DNA of 7,002 nt, taken from a virus (taxonomy: Duplodnaviria; Heunggongvirae; Uroviricota; Caudoviricetes). The notes under the pieces are model-generated. The model worked only from the letters and a program-made list of their open reading frames with translations. It ran no database searches and was not told the DNA's origin. Positions within the stretch are counted from its first letter, which is position 1; every line of letters begins with the position of its first letter. The DNA lies in IMG/VR virus record IMGVR_UViG_2778261498_000010, positions 1 through 7,002 of that record. The stretch is one strand, 5' to 3'. The position numbers and the translations under genes are program-made. Positions 1 to 6,487 of this stretch are shown here, in pieces.

Positions 1-465
1 ATGCGTTTCTGCCTTATTTTGATCACAGCACTGTTTCTGGCCGGGTGTAGCCACCATAAAGCACCGCCGCCAAATGCCAGACTTTCTGATTCGATTACCG
101 TTATTGCCGGTTTGAACGACCAGCTACAGAGCTGGCATGGCACGCCGTATCGTTATGGTGGCATGACGCGGCGCGGTGTGGACTGTTCGGGGTTTGTGGT
201 TGTGACGATGCGCGATCGTTTCGATTTGCAGCTGCCCCGAGAAACCAAAGAACAAGCCTCTATCGGCACGCAAATTGATAAAGACGAGTTGCTGCCTGGT
301 GACCTGGTCTTTTTCAAAACGGGCTCCGGACAAAATGGTTTGCATGTAGGTATTTACGATACCAACAACCAATTTATCCACGCCTCTACCAGCAAGGGAG
401 TGATGCGTTCCTCACTCGATAATGTTTATTGGCAGAAAAATTTCTGGCAGGCGAGACGAATCTAG
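1..465 (+). CDS. nlpC: NlpC/P60-family lipoprotein (predicted peptidoglycan endopeptidase)
   Basis: 154-codon ORF beginning at window base 1. N-terminal lipoprotein signal with lipobox LAGC. NlpC/P60 catalytic context DCSGF ... HVGIY ... IHAS. Recognised from memory as essentially E. coli NlpC. Promoter and RBS lie outside the window. Confidence 0.88.
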   Translation: MRFCLILITALFLAGCSHHKAPPPNARLSDSITVIAGLNDQLQSWHGTPYRYGGMTRRGVDCSGFVVVTMRDRFDLQLPRETKEQASIGTQIDKDELLPGDLVFFKTGSGQNGLHVGIYDTNNQFIHASTSKGVMRSSLDNVYWQKNFWQARRI

Positions 466-474
466 TATGTCGAA

Positions 475-507
475 AAATTGACGGCGATGATACATCGCCG
501 TCAATTT
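475..507. terminator. Perfect palindrome (15-bp arms, 3-nt spacer) just downstream of the nlpC stop; candidate intrinsic or bidirectional terminator, or protein-binding site
   Basis: Seen directly: aaattgacggcgatg-ata-catcgccgtcaattt. GC-rich stem core. Only a partial T-run follows on the plus strand (atttact); TTTTT follows on the minus strand. Confidence 0.4.
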
Positions 508-541
508 ACTCCAGAATACAGTAGTATTTTGCAGACAAAAA

Positions 542-578
542 TTCCGTAAATGGATTATTCGTTTATAATCAGGATAAT
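542..578 (+). promoter_or_regulatory. Candidate sigma70 promoter region for ydiV
   Basis: Consensus -10 hexamer TATAAT at 564-569 and a second -10-like GATAAT at 573-578 in an AT-rich intergenic region. No convincing -35. It would imply a 5' UTR of roughly 130 nt before the ydiV ATG at 712. Confidence 0.2.
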
Positions 579-711
579 CTAAAAAAAGGACCCCTGAAAA
601 AGTGGTTAACATGGAACAAATGAAAGTTACTCCTTCTGTAATTGTTATGTCTTATGGCCTCATCCCTTTTAGCCGGATACTGAAAAACATCCTTCGAGAG
701 GGACGGTTACC

Positions 712-1323
712 ATGAAGATTTTTTTGGAGAATCTTTATCATTCTGATTGCTATTTCCTGCCGATAAGAGATAACCAGCAAGACCTTGTCGGCGTTGAGTT
801 AATTACCCATTTCTCCAGTGAAGATGGTACGGTTCGTATACCGACGAGTCGGGTTATAGCGCAACTTACCGAGGAGCAACATTGGCAATTATTTTCTGAG
901 CAGTTGGAATTGCTAAAATCATGCCAACACTTTTTTATTCAACATAAACTCTTTGCCTGGCTTAATTTAACCCCGCAAGTGGCTACTTTATTATTAGACA
1001 GGGATAATTACGCGGGCGAACTATTAAAATATCCGTTTATTGAACTGTTGATTAATGAGAATTACCCGCATCTCGATGAAGGAAAAGATAATCGCGATCT
1101 TTTTTCCTTATCGCAAATGTATCCCCTTGTGTTAGGTAATTTGGGCGCAGGCAATAGCACAATGAAAGCGGTTTTTGATGGTCTTTTCACCCGCGTCATG
1201 CTGGATAAAAGTTTTATTCAGCAACAAATCACGCATCGCTCCTTCGAACCGTTTATTCGTGCGATCCAGGCGCAAATTTCCCCATGTTGCAATTGCATCA
1301 TCGCGGGGGGCATTGATATGTAA
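712..1323 (+). CDS. ydiV: EAL-like (degenerate) anti-FlhD4C2 factor YdiV; the ORF closes at 203 codons, apparently short at the C-terminus
   Basis: ORF with RBS-like GAGGGA 8 nt upstream of the ATG. Translation recognised as YdiV (degenerate EAL domain, IIAGGID in place of the usual AEGVET-type block). From memory the E. coli protein is ~237 aa, so ~34 C-terminal residues including the expected QG-containing end motif are missing from this frame. Synteny nlpC then ydiV is as in E. coli. Confidence 0.8.
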   Translation: MKIFLENLYHSDCYFLPIRDNQQDLVGVELITHFSSEDGTVRIPTSRVIAQLTEEQHWQLFSEQLELLKSCQHFFIQHKLFAWLNLTPQVATLLLDRDNYAGELLKYPFIELLINENYPHLDEGKDNRDLFSLSQMYPLVLGNLGAGNSTMKAVFDGLFTRVMLDKSFIQQQITHRSFEPFIRAIQAQISPCCNCIIAGGIDM

Positions 1324-1354
1324 CTTCGCGTTTTTTTCTGGGCTAATTGGCGCG

Positions 1355-1396
1355 CAATTCTGGGCGGAGAGAGCGCAACCAAAAAGCCCAGAATTG
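1355..1396. repeat. 11-bp perfect inverted repeat (caattctgggc / gcccagaattg) with 20-nt spacer; a third copy of the 8-mer ttctgggc lies at 1336-1343
   Basis: Seen directly. It sits in the interval between the end of the ydiV reading frame and the invertase stub. Confidence 0.5.
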
Positions 1397-1433
1397 GACG
1401 CTAAATTATTAGTCTCATACTGATGATTTACCC

Positions 1434-1529
1434 TCAAAAAATCAGCTCATATCCTGCACAGTTCAACGCATTGCGTTGTAAATCGGTGTTCTGGTCATTT
1501 GTTGATGCGCGTACATAGCCTATAAACAT
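1434..1529 (-). pseudogene. Serine invertase (Pin/Gin/Hin/Cin family) N-terminal stub: 31 codons then TGA
   Basis: Minus-strand translation from the ATG at 1529: MFIGYVRASTNDQNTDLQRNALNCAGYELIF*. It matches the extreme N-terminus of Din-family invertases, including the catalytic Ser context GYVRxSTxDQ. No downstream frame continues the family sequence. The ORF is below the six-frame track threshold, so it was found by hand. Confidence 0.8.
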
Positions 1530-1583
1530 GGTAGATCACCCTGACAAAAGCAGGAATGATGCCATTTGCTCGCTATTTCTGCC

Positions 1584-1609
1584 TTTTCATAAACGTTGGT
1601 TTGGGAGAA
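1584..1609. repeat. Right inversion crossover site (hix/gix-like, 26 bp)
   Basis: Read on the minus strand: TTCTCCCAAACC-AA-CGTTTATGAAAA. It matches the left site in 22 of 26 positions; the inner half-site and AA core are identical. It lies immediately upstream of the invertase stub start, as gixR lies before gin in Mu. Confidence 0.7.
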
Positions 1610-2095
1610 GGCTCTGCATTACCTGTTGGTGTCCCTGTTCCGTGGCCTTCAGCCACTCCGCCAACAGGCTGGCTGAAATGCAATGGTGCAGCTTTTTCTG
1701 CTGAAGAATACCCGGAACTGGCAAAAGTTTACCCGACAAATAAATTGCCTGATTTACGTGGTGAGTTTATTCGTGGCTGGGATGACGGGCGGGGGATTGA
1801 TACAGGTCGCTCTATTTTAAGTATTCAGGGGTATGCAACGGAGGATCATGCTCATGGATTACCGTCAAGATCCACGATTGTGACTGATGCAACGATTAAT
1901 TTCTATTTTGATGAAAGCTGGGTAAATAGTGGCACTGACATTATCAAAAGAGGAAACACAAACGATGCCGGATTACCAGCACCGGATTATGGAACCTTTA
2001 AAACATATAAACAATCAGTGGCTGGTTTAGGTGCCGCAGCCTCAGAAACGCGTCCGCGTAATATTGCATTTAACTATATCGTGAGGGCAGCCTGA
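1598..2095 (+). CDS. Alternative side tail fibre C-terminal cassette (S'v-type, tail-collar-like receptor-binding domain); promoterless, in the OFF orientation
   Basis: Coding begins in frame at the inner half of the right crossover site (NVGLGE). Tail-collar-like motif GWLKCNGAAF..YPEL...LPDLRGEFIRGWDDGRG. The six-frame track extends the ORF to 1556 (ATGATG), but those codons lie outside the invertible segment in the invertase promoter region and are probably not a real start. Stop overlaps the Tfa' start (TGATG). Confidence 0.75.
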   Translation, partial: GLGEGSALPVGVPVPWPSATPPTGWLKCNGAAFSAEEYPELAKVYPTNKLPDLRGEFIRGWDDGRGIDTGRSILSIQGYATEDHAHGLPSRSTIVTDATINFYFDESWVNSGTDIIKRGNTNDAGLPAPDYGTFKTYKQSVAGLGAAASETRPRNIAFNYIVRAA

Positions 2096-2697
2096 TGCAT
2101 AAAGCAATATTAAATAGTGAGCTCATTGCAACAAAGGCAGGGGATGTTACCGTTTATAACTATGATGGTGAAACACGGGAATATATTTCCACTTCAAATG
2201 AATATCTTGCCGTTGGTGTCGGCATTCCGGCATGTTCCTGTTTAGATGCCCCTGGCACACATAAGGCTGGTTATGCAATCTGCCGTTCTGCAGATTTTAA
2301 CTCATGGGAATATGTGCCAGACCATCGCGGTGAAACGGTCTATAGCACCAAAACAGGAGAATCAAAAGAAATCACCGCTCCGGGTGATTACCCTGAAAAT
2401 ACAACCACTATCGCCCCATTAACGCCATACGATAAATGGGATGGTGAGAAATGGGTGACCGATACTGAGGCACAGCATAGCGCCGCAGTAGATGCAGCAG
2501 AAGCACAGCGCCAGTCGCTGATTGATACTGCAATGGCTTCCATCAGTCTGATTCAACTGAAATTGCAGGCCGGACGTAAACTGACGCAGGCAGAAACAAC
2601 CCGGCTTAACGCTGTGCTGGATTACATTGACGCGGTGACGGCAACAGATACCAGCACCGCGCCGGATGTCATCTGGCCTGAACTGCCGGAGGCGTAG
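2095..2697 (+). CDS. Tail fibre assembly protein Tfa' (chaperone for the alternative cassette)
   Basis: 200-codon ORF whose start overlaps the cassette stop. C-terminus DTSTAPDVIWPELPEA is typical of the phage tail-fibre assembly (Tfa/U) family. Resembles e14 TfaE from memory. Confidence 0.85.
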   Translation: MHKAILNSELIATKAGDVTVYNYDGETREYISTSNEYLAVGVGIPACSCLDAPGTHKAGYAICRSADFNSWEYVPDHRGETVYSTKTGESKEITAPGDYPENTTTIAPLTPYDKWDGEKWVTDTEAQHSAAVDAAEAQRQSLIDTAMASISLIQLKLQAGRKLTQAETTRLNAVLDYIDAVTATDTSTAPDVIWPELPEA

Positions 2698-3109
2698 GCC
2701 ATTCAATATCTGGCGCACCGGAAGTATCGACCAGTTCCAGTGCGTCCAGGTAATCCAGCCACAAATTATATTGCGCCAGTTCGTCACCTTTCAGACGACC
2801 AATAGCCGCTTTACCAGGCCATTGTTTACTGTTCATATAATCGTTGGCCTGATTAATCAATTGCTGCTTCTCCAATTCGGCTGCAGCAATTTGTTCCTCA
2901 TGTGTTGGTGGTGGAATTTCAGACCATGCAGGAAAACCATTTTCTCCAGCGATACGGATTTTTCCTTTCGGCGGTAATCCGGAAAACTCAATATACACTT
3001 GCTCATCAACTTCAACAGCATCATCTGGCCATGAGTCAGCTTGAGTGTAATCCTCTTTCATCTCCAGCGGATAGAAAGAGTTTGTAGTCGCGGAATATAT
3101 GTAATTCAT
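2669..3109 (-). CDS. Tail fibre assembly protein Tfa (chaperone for the currently expressed fibre)
   Basis: 146-codon ORF with RBS GGAG 8 nt upstream of the ATG at 3109. N-terminus MNYIYSATTNSFYP and C-terminus DTSGAPDIEWPTPP are Tfa-family hallmarks. Its 3' end overlaps the convergent Tfa' by 29 bp. Confidence 0.85.
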   Translation of the reverse strand: MNYIYSATTNSFYPLEMKEDYTQADSWPDDAVEVDEQVYIEFSGLPPKGKIRIAGENGFPAWSEIPPPTHEEQIAAAELEKQQLINQANDYMNSKQWPGKAAIGRLKGDELAQYNLWLDYLDALELVDTSGAPDIEWPTPPAVQAR

Positions 3110-3130
3110 TTTTCACTCCATATAGCTAAA

Positions 3131-3775
3131 TTAACAGCCTAACGCTAAAAATGAAGCGCCGAGGCCAGGAGTACTGGCTCTGGATATAAATTTAACCGGG
3201 TCGGGACTAAAACCTGCACAGGCAATATAACCAACAGCCCCGCTATCTGGTGTGTAGTCTTGTGAGACCAAAACACGCAGACATCTGTTTGGAAATGCAA
3301 TCGGGAAATGGGTTACTACATCCTGTGCAATGCCTGGTGCGCCGATTGAGCCCCACTGAAGAATAAAACCTGATGGTAATTTTTGATATCCAGTACCTGA
3401 AACAGAAAGCGTGAAGCTACCCATATCAGGTATCTGATTCGCCCCTGTCCCTACATTCCTTTTAGCCGCTTCTCCCAAACCAAGGTTTTTGAGAGCCGTG
3501 TTCACCGTGCCATCCGATTTGATATCGCCAAACGGATTCTTGCGGCTTAACAGCAGCGCACGAAGCGCGGTAAGTAGCTGATCCGTTTTTTGGGGGTCAG
3601 GTTGAATATGTGCACTACCAAGAACATTAAGGAGTTCCTGCTGTAAATCACGGGTTGCCCCCTGCTGATTATTTAAATAATCAGCAGTTACGATGGTTCC
3701 TTCTATCCCCTGAGTGGGGTCACCATCATGAAACAATTGATCCGGTGTATTTATCGGGGGCATCAGATTTTGCAT
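3131..3775 (-). CDS. Side tail fibre protein (Stf): constant N-terminal ~98 residues plus currently fused variable C-terminal domain
   Basis: 214-codon ORF; the start ATG overlaps the upstream gp48 stop (TAATG). The left crossover site lies at codons ~94-102 (ALKNLGLGE). Size and position resemble e14 StfP. Followed by Tfa. Confidence 0.8.
   Translation of the reverse strand: MQNLMPPINTPDQLFHDGDPTQGIEGTIVTADYLNNQQGATRDLQQELLNVLGSAHIQPDPQKTDQLLTALRALLLSRKNPFGDIKSDGTVNTALKNLGLGEAAKRNVGTGANQIPDMGSFTLSVSGTGYQKLPSGFILQWGSIGAPGIAQDVVTHFPIAFPNRCLRVLVSQDYTPDSGAVGYIACAGFSPDPVKFISRASTPGLGASFLALGC
3470..3495. repeat. Left inversion crossover site (hix/gix-like, 26 bp) inside the fibre gene
   Basis: Plus strand TTCTCCCAAACC-AA-GGTTTTTGAGAG. 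From memory this closely resembles hixL (TTCTTGAAAACCAAGGTTTTTGATAA) and gix. It is in inverted orientation relative to the site at 1584-1609. Confidence 0.7.
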
Positions 3776-4347
3776 TACTGCTCCTCCTTATATGTGAAAT
3801 GGCAATAAGTAAAAGCGGGTTTAAGGTCTTTAAATGTTTCTTCCAGTACAGGGGCACCAAAGGAAAGTAACGGTTCCCCGGCTGCAGATACTCCGGTTCT
3901 GAATCTGTAAGCTGGCGTTTTGCTTCCTGTGACATTAACCTGCCAAATCCATCGGGCATCTGTTATATAGAGACGATCACCACATCGGTTTACCCCCGTT
4001 CTGAATGGATGGAGTTCAGTAATTGTTATGGTGTACCCGAGGCTGACTGCAAGTTGTTTAAAATAAGGGATAGATAACCCACCAGTTGCAGCCATCTTTA
4101 TAAGAATATTTTCTCGGCGTTCCTGCTGTGTGGCACCATCGCGGGGTATTACTCCATACACTCGTTCCCAGTCAGACAGCGTCATGGATGCGTAAAATGG
4201 TGTGACAGATGCGAGCACTCGTGCAGCTGACGCTTTTACTTCATCCATAATGGCTGCTTCTGCGTTCAGTTCTGCTGAAATATATTTCCCGTTCGGGTCA
4301 TAGCTGACCGGTGGTAACATGGCACGAAATAAATCAACCGTATTCAT
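3775..4347 (-). CDS. gp48/YmfQ-like tail protein (DUF2313-type), upstream partner of the tail fibre
   Basis: 190-codon ORF between the baseplate J-like gene and the fibre gene, the position occupied by ymfQ in e14 and gp48 in Mu. GGAG-containing RBS. Family assignment from memory of YmfQ-like proteins. Confidence 0.7.
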   Translation of the reverse strand: MNTVDLFRAMLPPVSYDPNGKYISAELNAEAAIMDEVKASAARVLASVTPFYASMTLSDWERVYGVIPRDGATQQERRENILIKMAATGGLSIPYFKQLAVSLGYTITITELHPFRTGVNRCGDRLYITDARWIWQVNVTGSKTPAYRFRTGVSAAGEPLLSFGAPVLEETFKDLKPAFTYCHFTYKEEQ

Positions 4348-4350
4348 GTA

Positions 4351-5430
4351 TTAACTCTCCCGGGGAAATGGCTGGATATCAATACTCCCCGGACGCAGCC
4401 ACTCCCATGTGGATTCATTGACAACTGCTTTTACATTATCTGACGGCATAATAATCCGCCGATCACTGACGCCAGAAATTAATGAAATCTGAGTTTCCAG
4501 TTGTGAAATAATTAATTCCTGCCCCGGTTCCAGTCGGTTCATAAAATCCGTGATAACTTCAGTTATCTGTGGTTTTATCTGTTCAACAGTAAGGCCACTG
4601 GTTTTTATTCTGACAACAAAATCAACGTTTTTTTTCGTTGGTGCCAGTACCATTGTATCCTTCGCCGTTACCGGGCGGACATCATTGATATGGGCCATCA
4701 CCGCGTTAATCAGCTCCTGTGACGGTAAATCATTTGCAGAAGTGATAACCACATCAACCGTACCGGGGCCACGACGTAACGGCTCCACGTATGCAGAGGT
4801 AACACCGTCAACTTCCAGCGCCCAGCGTTTGTAATCATATTTATTACCGCCAGCGGGCGGCCTGCGCAGAATATCCAGATAACGCGCCAGCAGGCCGGCG
4901 TCACTTTCCCTGTCCGTTCCGCCGGTCAGGGATTTAATCGTCACCGTGCTGTTGATGCCTTCCGGCGGGCTGACCAGCGTTGCCGTCTGCGTCGTGGATG
5001 CATTCGTCTGTGCACCCGTGGCGGTGCTTTTTACCGTCACCTCTGCGCTGCCTTCATCACCGATGGTGCAGTCTGCTGTGGTGGCCACGCTGACACCTTC
5101 ACCACGAATTTCCGCACCGGCTGGCAGCGTCTTACCGGGTGCGCCGGTAATCACTACCGGACCGGATGAGGCCGTTGCTTTTTTACGAAAAACATTGCGC
5201 GTACGACAGTGCAGCTCCAGATATTCAGGGTCAGCCGTGTCAGGAAACACCTGACGGAGGATCCATCCCTGATGCATATAAAGTCCGTCCGCCACGCCGG
5301 ATACGGCATTTGCACGAATGCGGTAATCGCTGTCAGCGCTGGTGTCGATGGTTTCTCCCGGCAGGGCGTTAGCGATATCACGTAGCTGGCGTTCTGTGTT
5401 TTCAGCAACGCCCGGAACAGGAAACGGCAT
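4351..5430 (-). CDS. Baseplate J-like protein (Mu gp47 / P2 gpJ family)
   Basis: 359-codon ORF with size, position and sequence character typical of baseplate J-like wedge proteins. Start overlaps the upstream gp46 stop (TAATG). Confidence 0.8.
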   Translation of the reverse strand: MPFPVPGVAENTERQLRDIANALPGETIDTSADSDYRIRANAVSGVADGLYMHQGWILRQVFPDTADPEYLELHCRTRNVFRKKATASSGPVVITGAPGKTLPAGAEIRGEGVSVATTADCTIGDEGSAEVTVKSTATGAQTNASTTQTATLVSPPEGINSTVTIKSLTGGTDRESDAGLLARYLDILRRPPAGGNKYDYKRWALEVDGVTSAYVEPLRRGPGTVDVVITSANDLPSQELINAVMAHINDVRPVTAKDTMVLAPTKKNVDFVVRIKTSGLTVEQIKPQITEVITDFMNRLEPGQELIISQLETQISLISGVSDRRIIMPSDNVKAVVNESTWEWLRPGSIDIQPFPRES

Positions 5431-5780
5431 TACATAATCCTCACAGGGTGTTCAAATGTCTGCGGTGTGCCCGCGTTATCCGTGACGGTGATTAACAGCA
5501 ACAGCCAGCCGCGCTGACCCGGTTTCGTGTCAACAGTAATGGATTTTGCCCGCCCGTCATTGAGCAGGGGCTGAAGTGCCTGGCTGGCATACTGCGCCGC
5601 CAGCCAGTGAACACGGGAAACGTCTTTTTCCCGCTTCAGCTCGTGCAGGCGTGACCCCAGCAACGCATCCGCCCAGTAACTGCCAAGCGGTGTCGCCAGT
5701 CGCAGATAAACCGCGTTATGGAGTGTGTAAATCCGGCGGCGTTCGTAGTCGCCGGTTGCAGGTGAAATCGTCTGGTCCAT
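5430..5780 (-). CDS. Mu gp46-like small baseplate protein
   Basis: 116-codon ORF between the V/gp45-like and J/gp47-like genes, the conserved position and size for gp46-family proteins. Confidence 0.65.
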   Translation of the reverse strand: MDQTISPATGDYERRRIYTLHNAVYLRLATPLGSYWADALLGSRLHELKREKDVSRVHWLAAQYASQALQPLLNDGRAKSITVDTKPGQRGWLLLLITVTDNAGTPQTFEHPVRIM

Positions 5781-5833
5781 GCCGCCAGTCTGGCAGCATG
5801 GACAGGTCAGAATCAGGTGAGGGTGTTCAGCAC

Positions 5834-6487
5834 TTAATTAACCGGCGTGTCAGACATGCCGTGTGGGGTCGGGTGTTTGTGCGTTCCGATTTTAACGCCA
5901 TTAATGGTGACGTCAACGGAGGTAATCACACCGCTTGTGTGGTTGATGTTGCCTTCAAAGGTGGCGGCGTATTCATTACCTCCACGGATGGCCATGCCAC
6001 CGTTGCCGGTGATTTTGCCTTCCACCGTCAGCCTGTTGCTGGCTGTCAGTAACGGTGTCGTGAATGCGGCGCTTTCCTCTGCCTCAACCTCATAGCGTTT
6101 GCATTTCACGCGATAAACATCACATTCATGCTCAATAACCCGCCCGCGCTTCAGTACGATTTTCGCGCCTTCATCGGTATACAGGGCCACCTCGCCGGGT
6201 TTCAGTTCCGTCAGGCGATATGCGCCGTGCTCGGTGGCCACGACGACGGTATGGGAGGTATTACCGTTCAGCGGAACAGCAATACCCATTGAACCGGGCG
6301 GCGGGGATGTGGTGAGGCCGTAATGCTGAAAATACTCCGCACCGTCCAGCTGTTCGCCTGCCAGCCCGTTCAGCTGGAGAAGCTGTACTTTGGTCGAACT
6401 GTCCACCGTACCGGTCACCACCCTGAATGCCTGGCGAACGGCGACCAGTGCCTGCTGTATGCGCTGATTAACCTTGTCCCACATCAT
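5834..6487 (-). CDS. Baseplate assembly protein V / Mu gp45-like (baseplate spike)
   Basis: 217-codon ORF. C-terminal ...GVKIGTHKHPTPHGMSDTPVN and central beta-rich region are typical of the gpV/gp45 spike family. Start ATGATG overlaps the gp44-like stop. Confidence 0.75.
   Translation of the reverse strand: MMWDKVNQRIQQALVAVRQAFRVVTGTVDSSTKVQLLQLNGLAGEQLDGAEYFQHYGLTTSPPPGSMGIAVPLNGNTSHTVVVATEHGAYRLTELKPGEVALYTDEGAKIVLKRGRVIEHECDVYRVKCKRYEVEAEESAAFTTPLLTASNRLTVEGKITGNGGMAIRGGNEYAATFEGNINHTSGVITSVDVTINGVKIGTHKHPTPHGMSDTPVN

Larger units (their letters stand above)
1597..3483. other. Invertible DNA segment (~1.9 kb) carrying two alternative tail-fibre C-terminal cassettes and their Tfa chaperones
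   Basis: Bounded by the two inverted crossover sites. Gene layout Sv-Tfa on the minus strand and Tfa'-S'v on the plus strand mirrors the Mu G segment and the e14 P segment. Confidence 0.7.

Noticed and set aside
124-612. Minus-strand ORFs 124-381 and 412-612
   Set aside because: The first is antisense within nlpC and the second spans the nlpC 3' end and intergenic region. Neither has a recognisable family signature; the sense-strand assignments explain the sequence.
1132-1437. ORFs 1132-1437 (minus) and 1175-1423 (plus) overlapping the ydiV 3' region
   Set aside because: The minus ORF is antisense to ydiV, uses a non-ATG start and has no family resemblance. The plus ORF is simply the +2 frame of ydiV; it is relevant only as the frame a frameshifted ydiV would use, not as an independent gene.
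1464-1478. Palindrome caacgca-t-tgcgttg
   Set aside because: It lies inside the invertase stub coding sequence (encodes QRNAL). It might be part of the recombinational enhancer, but I cannot identify Fis sites reliably by eye, so it is not called as a feature.
1324-1583. tRNA gene or att core expected at a prophage boundary; Mu-type right end with mom
   Set aside because: No tRNA-like cloverleaf or conserved tRNA 3' segment is apparent, and no ORFs beyond the invertase stub are present. The boundary is better explained by deletion into the invertase gene than by an intact attachment site.
1556-1597. ATGATG start with adjacent AGGA giving a 179-aa ORF for the alternative fibre cassette
   Set aside because: The AGGA sits 1 nt from the ATG, too close for an RBS, and these codons lie outside the invertible segment in the invertase upstream region. 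The cassette is better read as a promoterless C-terminal module beginning at the crossover site.
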